Source: a bacterium
Lineage (GTDB): Bacteria; Elusimicrobiota; Elusimicrobia; UBA1565
Direction: 5' to 3'
DNA length: 40,430 bases
Assembly (NCBI GenBank): GCA_004322435.1
Contig: SCTT01000025.1
Location: 1 to 40,430 of the forward strand
Part shown: one piece after another, positions 27,371-36,107 of the stretch
How positions within the stretch are numbered: position 1 is the first letter of the stretch
Layout of the letters: each line of letters starts with the position of its first letter
Translations under genes and position numbers: made by a program
Notes under the pieces: model-generated
Seen by the model: the letters and a program-made list of their open reading frames with translations, nothing else
Told to the model about the DNA's origin: nothing
Databases searched by the model: none

Positions 27371-27825
27371 GGCGCCTCGCGGCGGCGGCCCTCATCCTCA
27401 CCGCCCTAGGCATGGCCCGCAGGCCCCCGGAGAAGACCATGGACGACCCCGCCAAGCTCGCCGCCGTCGACGTGTCGCCGTCCGAGTGGAAGGGCCACAG
27501 CTGCGGCGTCGCCGAGCCCGGCGCCCGCGTCGTCGGCGACGCGGCCGCGTGGGGCGAGCTCTGGAAGGAGGCCTTCGGCAAAGAGGCCCCGCCGGTCGAC
27601 TTCAAGCGCTTCGTCGCCGTCGCCGCCTTCGCCGGCGCGCGCAACACCGGCGGCTGGTCGGTCGAGCTCCTCGCCCCGGAAGCCGGCTCCAAAGGCCTGC
27701 TCGCGCCCTACCGCGTGAAGGGCCCGGCGCCCGGCGGGTTCGTGACGATGGCCTTCACCGCCCCCTACGCGGTGCGCCTCTACAACCGCCCGACCGGCGC
27801 GCTGACCCCCGAGGAGCGCAAGTGA
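27367..27825 (+). CDS. PrcB-like (protease complex subunit PrcB C-terminal domain) secreted protein
   Basis: The GTG at 27367 overlaps the tldD TGA as GTGA. The N-terminus is signal-like (RRLAAAALILTALGMA). The pattern DFKRFVAVAAFAGARNTGGWSVEL is typical of PrcB_C (from memory). An alternative ATG lies at 27412. Confidence 0.6.
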   Translation: MRRLAAAALILTALGMARRPPEKTMDDPAKLAAVDVSPSEWKGHSCGVAEPGARVVGDAAAWGELWKEAFGKEAPPVDFKRFVAVAAFAGARNTGGWSVELLAPEAGSKGLLAPYRVKGPAPGGFVTMAFTAPYAVRLYNRPTGALTPEERK

Positions 27826-28577
27826 TCCCGCAGGCCCTGTTGGCCGCGATGCTCGCGCGCGCGGACCGCCCGCCGGCGCCGAGCGCCGAGCTGCCCCCGC
27901 AGGTCTACTTCGGAGCCGAGCTCGGCCGCCCCTTTCTGCCGGTGCTGCCCCCGCGCGCCGATGACGGCGCTCCGGCGCCGGCCGGCTGGTTGGCGGCGCC
28001 GGCCTCCTTGGTCCTCGCCGCCAAGGACGGGACGGTGCTCCACGAGCTGGGCGTCGGGCGCTGGTCCGCCGAGGACGGGGCGCTGCGGCGCGAGATGCGC
28101 GGCGCGGCCTCGAAGGACGGCCGCTCCGCCTGGCACTGGCAGAAGGTGGCCGAGGGCGAGAAGACGGCCTCCGTGCTCGTCTACCTGGGGGCGCACGGGC
28201 AGATCCTCCGGCGCTTGGACGGCGCCGACGCCCCCGCGGGCCTCCCGCCGGCGGCCTTAAGCGGCGACGGCGCCATCCTGCTCGCCGCCCTGCGGACGGA
28301 CGGGGCCTGGACGGCGACGGCCTATTCCTTCGGCGGCAAGGAGCTCGCCTCGGTGACGAAGGCGCACCGCGTGACGGCCCTTTCGGTGTCGGAGGACGGC
28401 CGCCGCGCGCTGGTCGCCTGGTCCGGCCTGGACCTTCCCGAGATGGTCACCTTGCTGGACCTACGGCGCGGCGAGCGGCTGGACCTGCCCGCCGAGCGTC
28501 TGCCCGCCGGCCCGTGGACTTTGGCTCCCGACGGGACGCTCTTGGCCGCCGGCCGCCCGGTCCCCCGCACCCCGTGA
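27822..28577 (+). CDS. Hypothetical protein (beta-rich, possibly propeller-like)
   Basis: The GTG at 27822 overlaps the upstream TGA as GTGA. It is the in-frame 3' part of track ORF 27486..28577. I recognised no family. Confidence 0.5.
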   Translation: MIPQALLAAMLARADRPPAPSAELPPQVYFGAELGRPFLPVLPPRADDGAPAPAGWLAAPASLVLAAKDGTVLHELGVGRWSAEDGALRREMRGAASKDGRSAWHWQKVAEGEKTASVLVYLGAHGQILRRLDGADAPAGLPPAALSGDGAILLAALRTDGAWTATAYSFGGKELASVTKAHRVTALSVSEDGRRALVAWSGLDLPEMVTLLDLRRGERLDLPAERLPAGPWTLAPDGTLLAAGRPVPRTP

Positions 28578-30100
28578 CCGCGGCGGCGGCCCTGGGCCTG
28601 GCCCTCCTGCTGGCGCCGGCCGCCCGGGCGTCCGACGCCCCTTCCATCGAAGGCCGCGAGGCCGACGTCAGCGGCACCGACCTCGTGCGGCGCATGAAGG
28701 CGGCGCTGGCCGAGGACCCCGCGAAGGCGGACGCCTTGGCCGCCCGCATCCTCCGCTCGTCCTTGGGGCCGCGGCTCTCGGAGTCGGCCGACCCGGACCT
28801 CGCCCGCGGCGAGCTGCGCGCCTGGATCGTCGCCAACCCCGCCGCCGCGGCCCACCTGGCCGTGGGCTTCGCGCGCGACGACGCCGCGGGCACCGACGCC
28901 TTCGAGCGCTCGCTCTACCGGCGCGCCGAGCACTTCCTCGAACTCTCGCCGGACCGGAACAAGGGCATCCTCGGCCGCCTCGACGGGCTGGGCAAGGCCT
29001 CGAAGGCCATCAAGGCCGACGAGGGGATGTCGGACGACGACCGGCGCAAGCTGATGAAGGACCTCTTCGAGGGCCAAGGCGCGATGAACGCCCAGGCCAA
29101 AGACCTCGGGCCGGGCGGCGCGGGGCCGGCGGCGGGAGGCGGGGCCGTGTCCTCCGACGGCGTCTACGACCGGCTGAGCGCGGTGAACCCCGCCGGCTAC
29201 TCGCCGCTGGTGCAGGCCCTGCAAAGCGAGCTCAACCGCTCGGCCGCGCCCGGTGCGCCGCGCCTCATCGAGACCGGCAAGCTCGACTACCCGACCTTGG
29301 TCTTCCCTTCCCATCCGGTGCGCTACGACCTCGAGCGCCTCGAGGCCGCGGCGGCGCTGACGGCGGCGGCGCACCGCGCGAACGCGCTCGGCGAGCGGCG
29401 GACGCCCGAACAGCTGGCCGACCCCGCGGTGCAGAAGGACCTCGAGGGCCGGGCCGCGGGCGGCCTGCCGGCCGCGCTCGGCCGGCGGCGGGAAGCGCTG
29501 TCGAAGGCCCGGACGGCCTTAAACGGCCTGCTCGCCGCGGCCGAGCCCGCCAAGCAGCCCAAGAACATCACGCCGGCGATGCTCAAAACCCTCTCGGCCA
29601 AGCGCCGCGACGCCGCGCGCTGGATCCAGCTCGCCGCGCTCGAGGAGGTGCTGGGCGTCCTCGAGGGGCTGACGAGCGTGCGCGACGCGGCCCTTAAGGA
29701 GTCCCTGGCGCGCGCGCCGGCCGACGCCGAGGAGCGCGCGCGCTTCTGGGAAGGGGGCGGGGTCCTCGAGGCCCAGGCCGCCGACGCCTTAGAGAAGGGC
29801 CGCCGCGCCCGGGAGCTCTTGTCGGACCGCGACGACGACGCGTCCTGGGGAAAGGCCGAGGGCCTGCTCAAGGCCGCGCGCGCCGCGGCCAAGCGCCTCC
29901 CCGAGGAGGCCGCCGCCTACCGCTCGGCGCCCGAGCGCCTGCGCGCGACGGCGTACACGCCGCCGCGCTGGCGGGCGTGGGCCGAGGATGCGGCGCTTAA
30001 GTGGGCGCCCGGGACGGCCTTCGCGAAGGAGGCCGCTTCGCGGCGCAAGCTGCAGCTCGACGCGCGGGTGGACTTCGCGCGGTTCATGAAGGCGCAGTAA
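28574..30100 (+). CDS. Secreted alpha-helical hypothetical protein
   Basis: The GTG at 28574 overlaps the upstream TGA as GTGA. The signal peptide is VTAAAALGLALLLAPAARA. The rest is Ala/Leu/Arg-rich and helical, with no recognised family. Confidence 0.55.
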   Translation: MTAAAALGLALLLAPAARASDAPSIEGREADVSGTDLVRRMKAALAEDPAKADALAARILRSSLGPRLSESADPDLARGELRAWIVANPAAAAHLAVGFARDDAAGTDAFERSLYRRAEHFLELSPDRNKGILGRLDGLGKASKAIKADEGMSDDDRRKLMKDLFEGQGAMNAQAKDLGPGGAGPAAGGGAVSSDGVYDRLSAVNPAGYSPLVQALQSELNRSAAPGAPRLIETGKLDYPTLVFPSHPVRYDLERLEAAAALTAAAHRANALGERRTPEQLADPAVQKDLEGRAAGGLPAALGRRREALSKARTALNGLLAAAEPAKQPKNITPAMLKTLSAKRRDAARWIQLAALEEVLGVLEGLTSVRDAALKESLARAPADAEERARFWEGGGVLEAQAADALEKGRRARELLSDRDDDASWGKAEGLLKAARAAAKRLPEEAAAYRSAPERLRATAYTPPRWRAWAEDAALKWAPGTAFAKEAASRRKLQLDARVDFARFMKAQ

Positions 30101-30113
30101 ACACAGCAACAAG

Positions 30114-30365
30114 GAACGTCGCCGTTTACGCGCTTCGGGCGCGTGGGTTCGAGGATTGTCAACAGCGACAATCCTCGAACCTCCTCTCCATGAACGGCGG
30201 AGCGAGAGTCCAAAACGCATCCGTGCCATTGAAATGATGGAAGTTCAAGTCATGAATTCATCCGGGCCGAATATGACTCTGGCCGTTCATTGAGGGGAGG
30301 TTCGAGAGTCGCGGTCGTCTGCGACTCTCGAACCCACGCGCCCGAGGCGCGTAAACGGCGCCGTT
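30114..30365. repeat. Composite nested palindromic element (MITE-like, REP-like or structured RNA) between convergent genes
   Basis: The outer arms (about 30114-30198 and 30282-30365) are reverse complements, for example CGCCGTTTACGCGCTTCGGGCGCGTGGGTTCGAG against CTCGAACCCACGCGCCCGAGGCGCGTAAACGGCG. Each arm also contains its own perfect local hairpin. The left one is GGTTCGAGGATTGTC-aacagc-GACAATCCTCGAACC and the right one is GGTTCGAGAGTCGC-ggtcgtct-GCGACTCTCGAACC. Their inner stem sequences differ but both still pair. The core is AT-richer and contains the palindrome ATGAATTCAT. Confidence 0.85.
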
Positions 30366-30374
30366 ATGGGCTCT

Positions 30375-31640
30375 TCAGGCCCGCGACAACGCCTGCGCCA
30401 AGTCCGCGCACAGGTCCTCGGGGTTCTCGACCCCGATGGAGAGCCGCACCATCTTGGGGCTAATCCCCATCCGGCGCTGGTCCTTGGGCGGGATGTCCGA
30501 GTGGGTCATCGTCGCCGGGTGCTCGGCCAAGGACTCGGTGCCGCCGAGGCTCACGGCCAGGCTGAAGAGCTCCAGGGCGTTTAAGAACTTGAAGGCCTGT
30601 TTCTCGCCGCCCTTAAGGTCGAATGAGATCATCGAGCCCGGCGCCAGGCACTGCTCCTCGTAGACCTTGCGCTGGGGCGTGCCCTCCTCCAGGTGCCCCA
30701 GGTAGTAGACCTTCTCGACCTTCGGGTGCTCGGCGAGGAAGTCGGCCACCTTCTGCGCGTTCTTCATCATGCAGGTCATGCGGAGCTTGAGCGTCTCTAG
30801 GCTCCGGAGTAGCAGCCACCCCGTCCACGGGCTGGCCAAGGTCCCCAGGAAGGTGCGCAAAGTGCGCACGCGCTTCATGTCCGCGGCCCCGCCCAGGCAG
30901 ACGCCCGCGATGAGGTCCGAGTGCCCGCCGATGAACTTGGTCGCCGAGTACAGCACGAAGTCGGCGCCGAGCTTCAAGGGATGCTGCCACAAAGGCCCCA
31001 GGAAGGTGTTGTCCACCGCCACGATGACGCGGCGGCCCTTCGTCGAGAGCCTCTTGGCGACGCGCACGCAGGCCTTGATGTCGACTAAGACGTTGGTGGG
31101 GTTGCAGGGCGTCTCGACGAAGACCATCGCGACCCGCCCGGCGGCGCGCGCGGCCTTCTCGAGCTCCGCCTCGCTTAAGTCCCCCCGAAAGCCCACGGCC
31201 TTGATGCCGTAGCGCGGCAGGATGTGGCGGAAGAAGTACTCCGAGCCGCCGTAGACGGGCTCCGAATGCATCACGACGTCGCCGGGGCGCAGGTACTCGA
31301 GCGCCAAAGTGCTGATGGCGGCCATGCCGCTCTCAAAGACCGCCGCCCCGCCCGCCTCGTCCCACAGGCAGAGCCGGTCCTCGAGTATTTCCAGGTCCGG
31401 GTTGTTGAGGCGCGAGTAGATGAGCCCCAGCTCCTCCTTGGGGCCCTGCTCGCGCAGGCCGTAGGCGATCTCGAAGAAGGCCTTGCCCTCCTCGGCGCTC
31501 TTGAAGACGAAGGTCGAGGTCTGGAAGATGGGGCACTTGAGGGCCCCTTCCGAGAGCTCGGGCTTGTAGGCGTACGTCATCATCAGGCTCTCGGGCCGAA
31601 GCTTGCGTCCGCGGATGGTCGTCTTGTGGCCGTGGCTCAT
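30375..31640 (-). CDS. Cys/Met-metabolism PLP-dependent enzyme (cystathionine gamma-synthase / methionine gamma-lyase family)
   Basis: The ATG at 31640 (MSHGHKTT...) has a GGGGAG RBS. The PLP-lysine motif is [16 protein letters not shown]. Family motifs [17 protein letters not shown] and [15 protein letters not shown] are present. The track's 631-aa N-terminal extension is spurious. Confidence 0.88.
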   Translation of the reverse strand: MSHGHKTTIRGRKLRPESLMMTYAYKPELSEGALKCPIFQTSTFVFKSAEEGKAFFEIAYGLREQGPKEELGLIYSRLNNPDLEILEDRLCLWDEAGGAAVFESGMAAISTLALEYLRPGDVVMHSEPVYGGSEYFFRHILPRYGIKAVGFRGDLSEAELEKAARAAGRVAMVFVETPCNPTNVLVDIKACVRVAKRLSTKGRRVIVAVDNTFLGPLWQHPLKLGADFVLYSATKFIGGHSDLIAGVCLGGAADMKRVRTLRTFLGTLASPWTGWLLLRSLETLKLRMTCMMKNAQKVADFLAEHPKVEKVYYLGHLEEGTPQRKVYEEQCLAPGSMISFDLKGGEKQAFKFLNALELFSLAVSLGGTESLAEHPATMTHSDIPPKDQRRMGISPKMVRLSIGVENPEDLCADLAQALSRA

Positions 31641-31693
31641 GGGTCTCCCCTGGGGTTCTCGGAGGATATTAAAAGCAACGGGCCTGCCGCGGC

Positions 31694-33349
31694 CTAGAAC
31701 GTCCGGACCAAGGACACGCTCAGGTGGGAGAAGCTGCGGGGCGTGGAGATCTCGCGGCGCTCGAAGTACACCCGCAGGACGGTCCGCCCGGCGGTCCAGG
31801 AGGCGCCCAGATAGACGTTCGCCGACTCGCCGGCCGAACTCACGCGCGCGCTGGCGCGCACCGCACGCGAGGCCTCCCACTCGAGGCCCAAGGACCCCGA
31901 AGCCACCTCGAAAGGGCCGGCGAGGTTCGTGCGGCTGCGGCTGTAGGACGCCTGGACGGACGCCGCCAGGCTCGGGCGCAGCGGCCCGTCGAGGGCGGCG
32001 GTCAGGGCGTCCGACACCGTCAAGAGGCCCGCGCCGGGCACGCTCTGGCGGGCGTGCTCGTAGCGGGCGCTCGACTGGAAGCCGCGCCGGTTCGCGCCGT
32101 TGGCCGCCAGCGTCCCGCGGTGCGTGCGCTGCGCGCCCCCGCCGCCCAAGGCCTCGGAGCCGGCGGTCTCGAGCTCGGCCGTCAGGGTCCGGCCCGTGCG
32201 CGGGGTGAGCACGCCGCGCAGCGCGGCCCCGTCGCTGCGGGTGGTCTCCCCGCCCGCCCCTTCCGCCCACCCGCCGTTGACGCTCTGCTGGAAGGAGAGG
32301 CGGCGCTTGGGGAACTCCTCGCGGACGGAGAAGGCCTCCGAGAGGCTGCGGGAGCGCCCGCCGGCGTGCGACTGGCCGGCGCTTAAGGAGTTGGTCAGGC
32401 CGCCCCAGCGCCGCTCGGAGTTCGAGAGCAGGCCCAGCTGGCTCGAATCCGACTGGTCCTCGGAGAGGTTGTTGCGCGCGAAGTCGTTCGAGTAGGCGAG
32501 TTCATTGGCCCAGCCGCGAAACTTGAGCGGCAGGCTCCGGACGGCCAGATTCGCCGTCACGTCCTCCTGAAACGTGACCCCTTGGACCTTCTGGGCGAAC
32601 GCCGAAGAGCGCAGCGAGAAGAACTGCAGTCCGAGCGCCTTCTTGGTCCCCGTGCGCACCTCGAGGTCCCCGCGCCGCGTCTCGTTACGGCGCGGCCCCT
32701 GGACCCCGGTGAGGTCGGTGACCTCATTGCGGTCCCGGTCCAGGCTCACGCGCAGCGGCCCCCGCACCCAGGCCGCGCTCTCGCGGGCGTTCTCGGCGCG
32801 CTCCCGGACCGCCCCCGAAGACAGCGGGTCGTCGCGCGTCGCGAACTGGCGCACGAAGTTCACCGAGGGCAGGCCCGGCGGCGACATCCCCCCCGAGAAG
32901 CCGTAGCCGCCCGAACGGGAGACCCGGCTCGGCGCGTCGGCCGCCGCGGCCTGCTCGGTCTGGCTCCAAGAGTAGTTCGGGGCGAAGTGGGCGTAGCGCC
33001 GGAGCGCGAAGGGGAAGAGGTCCCCGCGCGCGGACCAGGACAGGGACTTCTGCGCGGGGGACTCGGTGTTCACGGCCTGGCTGACGTTGAAGCCGTCCTT
33101 AAAGGCCGCGTTCGTGCGGAGCTCCCCGGCCAGCGGATGGACGAGGGGCCCCTGGGCCGAGACGTCGTAGGCCTGCGACCACTGCGAGCGCCGGCGCGTG
33201 CCCGTCGGCGTCTGCAGCGCGATGTCGTCGAAGCTCCAGGCCAGCGACCCCGAGCGCCAGAACAGGGGCTCAGCCGCGGCGTCGGCCGCGAGGGCGAAGG
33301 CGAGGAGGCTGGCGATGGTTCGTCTCAAGGGGTCCTTCCGGCATGTCAA
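31694..33349 (-). CDS. Outer-membrane beta-barrel (porin-like) protein, last gene of the cytochrome operon
   Basis: It has a signal peptide (RRTIASLLAFALAADAAA) and an alternating beta-strand-like composition rich in S/G/R/Y/F. The C-terminus VSLVRTF ends in Phe, the OMP signature. The TTG at 33349 overlaps the cytochrome stop as TTGA. An alternative TTG at 33328 has a GGAAGGA RBS. Confidence 0.7.
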   Translation of the reverse strand: MTCRKDPLRRTIASLLAFALAADAAAEPLFWRSGSLAWSFDDIALQTPTGTRRRSQWSQAYDVSAQGPLVHPLAGELRTNAAFKDGFNVSQAVNTESPAQKSLSWSARGDLFPFALRRYAHFAPNYSWSQTEQAAAADAPSRVSRSGGYGFSGGMSPPGLPSVNFVRQFATRDDPLSSGAVRERAENARESAAWVRGPLRVSLDRDRNEVTDLTGVQGPRRNETRRGDLEVRTGTKKALGLQFFSLRSSAFAQKVQGVTFQEDVTANLAVRSLPLKFRGWANELAYSNDFARNNLSEDQSDSSQLGLLSNSERRWGGLTNSLSAGQSHAGGRSRSLSEAFSVREEFPKRRLSFQQSVNGGWAEGAGGETTRSDGAALRGVLTPRTGRTLTAELETAGSEALGGGGAQRTHRGTLAANGANRRGFQSSARYEHARQSVPGAGLLTVSDALTAALDGPLRPSLAASVQASYSRSRTNLAGPFEVASGSLGLEWEASRAVRASARVSSAGESANVYLGASWTAGRTVLRVYFERREISTPRSFSHLSVSLVRTF

Positions 33350-35115
33350 TGGCAGCCCGCGGTCGTCGAGCAGCTGGCTCGGGCATAGGCCCCGGGGGCC
33401 GGCGTCCAAAGGGTGAGCCCCTCGGCGGTGCCGCGATAGGCGACGGGGTCCGTCGTGGTGACGATGAGCCGGGCGCGGGTGAACCCGTGCGGGATTTTGG
33501 CATGGCAGCTCATGCAGCCGACCCCGCGCCCCGTATGGCTCTTGTGGTAGTTCTTCGACCCGCTCGAGAAGGCCGTCGCGCTCGCGCCCTGCGTCGCCGC
33601 GGCGGAATAGGCCGACTCGGCGTGGCAGCGGAAGCACAGGTGGCCGGCCGAGTTGCCGGACGTGCCGGTCTGCGCCGTCCACTGGCCGCGCAGGACCCGC
33701 GCGTTCGCGGCCCCGTGCACCCCGCGCGGGTCGGCGTCGGACTCGGAGCCGTGGCAGTCGGAGCAGGTCATCACGCTCTGCGAGGTCCACGGCGAGACGT
33801 AGGCCGACGCGGCGGGCGGCGCCGTGCGGGCCTTGCTCGCCGCGCCCGGGACGCCGACGTTGTGGTACGAGGGGTTGGCCGGGTTGAACTCGATGGCCTG
33901 GTCGGTGGCGCCCGTCGGCGGGGTGTTCGAATAGGCGTAGGAGGAATGGCACTTGAAGCAGAGCTGGTACTCCTTGAAGCTCGTCGTGTTGGTGAAGGGC
34001 TGGCGCGTGTAAGAGCTGGGCGCCGTGAACGGCGTGCCCCCGTAGCTGGGCTCGGCCCCCCACTGGCCGAGCAGGACCTGCCCGACGGCGTTCGAGCCGA
34101 CGGCGTGGGTGCCGGTCTTGGCCTGGTGCGGGTTATGGCAGTCCCAGCACTCGGCGTGCCGGGCGCCGTTGCCGAGGTTCGAGGCGTCGGTCTCGGGGTT
34201 CTTGTGGAGGCCGCTCTTCGATTCGGTGGGATGCTTGTAGGCCTTCGCGAAGGCCGCCTTGACGTTCTTCGCGCCGGTGAGCGGCGGGGAGCCGTGGCAG
34301 CCGTAGCAGGTGGCCTCCTCGGCGCCGCGCAGGATGTAGGCCTGGGCCGGGTTCGCCCCGTGCGTCTGGTGGCAGCTCCGGCAGGAGTACTCGCCCACCG
34401 TGGTCGCCGCGCCGCCGGGCGGCGTATAGGCTTTGTTGCTCGTCGCGTGAGCGCTGGCCGTCCACCCGGTCTTCTGGTGGCAGGTGGTGCACAGAGCCGC
34501 GTTCGCGTTGGACTTGACCAGGAACTTCCCGTTCGCGTTGTCGTGCGGGTCGTGGCAGGAGGTGCATTCGACGCGGTTCGTCTCGCCGTACACGCGCACC
34601 TTGTCGCCGGCGGGCGGCAGGACGATCTCGGGGTTGGTGCCCGGCTGGGTGGGCGGGCCGGCGCCGGGCTTCACGTCATAGAGCACCGGGTGGTCGTTCG
34701 AGAGGTCCTTGCCGATGACGGCGGAGGCCGACAGGCTCCCCTGCACGGCGATGGGGGAGGGCAGGTTGTAGACCGCGCCCAGCGCGGTGAGGCCGTCGTG
34801 GCAGGACAGGCACAGCTTCGAGCGGCTGCCCTGCAGGTCCGTCATCGTCGGGGCCGCCATGCCGAGGTAGTTGTTGAGATAGTTCGAGGAGTAGAAGGTG
34901 AAGGTCTCCGCCGAGTCGGCGCGGCCCCAGAGGCTCTGGACGCGCGCGGGCTGGTGGACCGCGTGGCAGAACACGCAGGAGCCCTTCTCGCTGACGGCCC
35001 GGGGGCCGGTGGTGGCGCTGTCGGCGGAGAGGTCGTGCTTTGAGTCGATGACCGAGAGGGCCCCGGCCGGCGGGACGAGGAGGACGCAGAGGGCGAGGGC
35101 GGCGGCGCGTTTCAT
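33346..35115 (-). CDS. Secreted multiheme cytochrome c (11 CxxCH motifs plus a terminal CX5CH)
   Basis: The ATG at 35115 (MKRAAALALCVLLVPPAGA) gives a signal peptide. The CxxCH motifs are CVFCH, CLSCH, CTSCH, CTTCH, CRSCH, CYGCH, CWDCH, CFKCH, CSDCH, CFRCH and CMSCH. The protein ends in CSTTAGCH. The start overlaps the NHL gene stop as ATGA. Confidence 0.88.
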   Translation of the reverse strand: MKRAAALALCVLLVPPAGALSVIDSKHDLSADSATTGPRAVSEKGSCVFCHAVHQPARVQSLWGRADSAETFTFYSSNYLNNYLGMAAPTMTDLQGSRSKLCLSCHDGLTALGAVYNLPSPIAVQGSLSASAVIGKDLSNDHPVLYDVKPGAGPPTQPGTNPEIVLPPAGDKVRVYGETNRVECTSCHDPHDNANGKFLVKSNANAALCTTCHQKTGWTASAHATSNKAYTPPGGAATTVGEYSCRSCHQTHGANPAQAYILRGAEEATCYGCHGSPPLTGAKNVKAAFAKAYKHPTESKSGLHKNPETDASNLGNGARHAECWDCHNPHQAKTGTHAVGSNAVGQVLLGQWGAEPSYGGTPFTAPSSYTRQPFTNTTSFKEYQLCFKCHSSYAYSNTPPTGATDQAIEFNPANPSYHNVGVPGAASKARTAPPAASAYVSPWTSQSVMTCSDCHGSESDADPRGVHGAANARVLRGQWTAQTGTSGNSAGHLCFRCHAESAYSAAATQGASATAFSSGSKNYHKSHTGRGVGCMSCHAKIPHGFTRARLIVTTTDPVAYRGTAEGLTLWTPAPGAYARASCSTTAGCH

Positions 35116-36107
35116 GGCACGGGCTCCTTCAGGTACTGGAATATCTGGACGCGGGCGTTGTGGGTGTCGGCGACGAGGAGGCGGTCGGCGGCGTCGACGA
35201 AGGCCCCGCCGGGGAGGTTGAACTCTCCGGGGCCTCCCCCGGCGCGGCCGACGAAGAGCAGCAGCCCGCCGGCGCCGTCGAAGACCTGGAGGGCCTCGAA
35301 GGCCCCGTCGACGAGGTAGGCGTGCCCGTCCGAGTCGAAGGCCAGGCCGCGCGGCCGGGCCAGGTAGCCGGGGCGGTTGCCGGACTCGCCGAAGGAGGCG
35401 ACCGGCCGGCCGTCTGAGTCGAAGGCTTGGACCCGGAAGTTCCCCGAGTCGCACACCCACAGGCGCCCACGGCCGGCCTCGTACCACAGGTAGGTCGGGA
35501 AGTTGAACTCGCCGGGCCCGCGGCCGCGGCGCCCGAAGGAGGCCAGGTAGACGCCCGAGAGGTCGTAGAGGGAGACGCGGTGGCCCGCGGCGTCGGCGAC
35601 ATAGAGCCGTCCGCCGCCCAGGGCCAGCCCCACGGGCCGGCCCAGCCCGGCCGGGTCGCCGCGCAGCTCGCCCGTCACACGGCCGGCCGGGTCGAGGATG
35701 AGGACCTTGGCCGACCCCGAGTCGGCCACGAAGAGGCGCCCGTCCTCGGCCGCCGCCACCGCCACGGGGCTCGTCAGCGGGGTCCCGTCGCTCGGCAGCC
35801 AGCGCCCCCGCCCGCTCGCCTCGTCGTAGCGGAAGACCCCCCGGGCCCCGGGGTCGGCGACCCAGACGGTGCCGGCCCGCGCGGCGAGGCCGGTGGGCTG
35901 CACCAGCCCGCCCGGGACGCGCGCGCCCGGGGTCGGGTCGTCGACGCCCAAGAGCGTCCGGGCGAGCCGCCCCCAGCGCCCGGCGGCGGCGGCCTGCCGC
36001 GGGCCGGCGAACTCTCCCACGAAGTGCAGCCGCGCGGGCTGCGGGGCCGCCGGCCAGTCGAGGGCGGCGGCGGGGACGAGCGCCAAAAGGAGGGCGAGGG
36101 CCTTCAC
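35112..36107 (-). CDS. Secreted NHL-repeat beta-propeller protein (paralog 2)
   Basis: The GTG at 36107 (VKALALLLALVPAAA) gives a signal peptide. Repeated NHL-type blades are present (GLAARAGTVWVADPGARGVFRY, RLFVADSGSAKVLILD, GRLYVADAAGHRVSLYD, RLWVCDSGNFRVQAFD, HAYLVDGAFEALQVFD, RLLVADTHNARVQIFQY). It is close to 37394..38452 over the C-terminal blades. Confidence 0.85.
   Translation of the reverse strand: MKALALLLALVPAAALDWPAAPQPARLHFVGEFAGPRQAAAAGRWGRLARTLLGVDDPTPGARVPGGLVQPTGLAARAGTVWVADPGARGVFRYDEASGRGRWLPSDGTPLTSPVAVAAAEDGRLFVADSGSAKVLILDPAGRVTGELRGDPAGLGRPVGLALGGGRLYVADAAGHRVSLYDLSGVYLASFGRRGRGPGEFNFPTYLWYEAGRGRLWVCDSGNFRVQAFDSDGRPVASFGESGNRPGYLARPRGLAFDSDGHAYLVDGAFEALQVFDGAGGLLLFVGRAGGGPGEFNLPGGAFVDAADRLLVADTHNARVQIFQYLKEPVP

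Noticed and set aside
30140-30180. A tRNA-like T-arm (GGGTTCGAGG...CCTCGAACC).
   Set aside because: The stem is 15 bp with a 6-nt loop, not a 5-bp stem with a 7-nt TPsiC loop. No acceptor, D or anticodon arms can be drawn around it, and it is duplicated in inverted orientation as part of the palindromic element.
31641-31693. A SAM/Met riboswitch or T-box upstream of the Cys/Met PLP enzyme gene.
   Set aside because: The spacer is only 53 nt, which is too short for those leaders, and I see no conserved riboswitch core sequences.
31641-32270. N-terminal extensions of track ORFs: 30375..32270, 31694..34063, 33346..35487, 35112..37046, 37394..38851, 9431..10705, 19036..19620, 26416..27825, 27486..28577 and 22813..24420.
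   Set aside because: In each case the recognisable protein begins at an internal start with a signal peptide, an RBS or a 4-nt overlap with the upstream gene. The upstream portion overlaps a better-supported gene and translates as low-complexity sequence.
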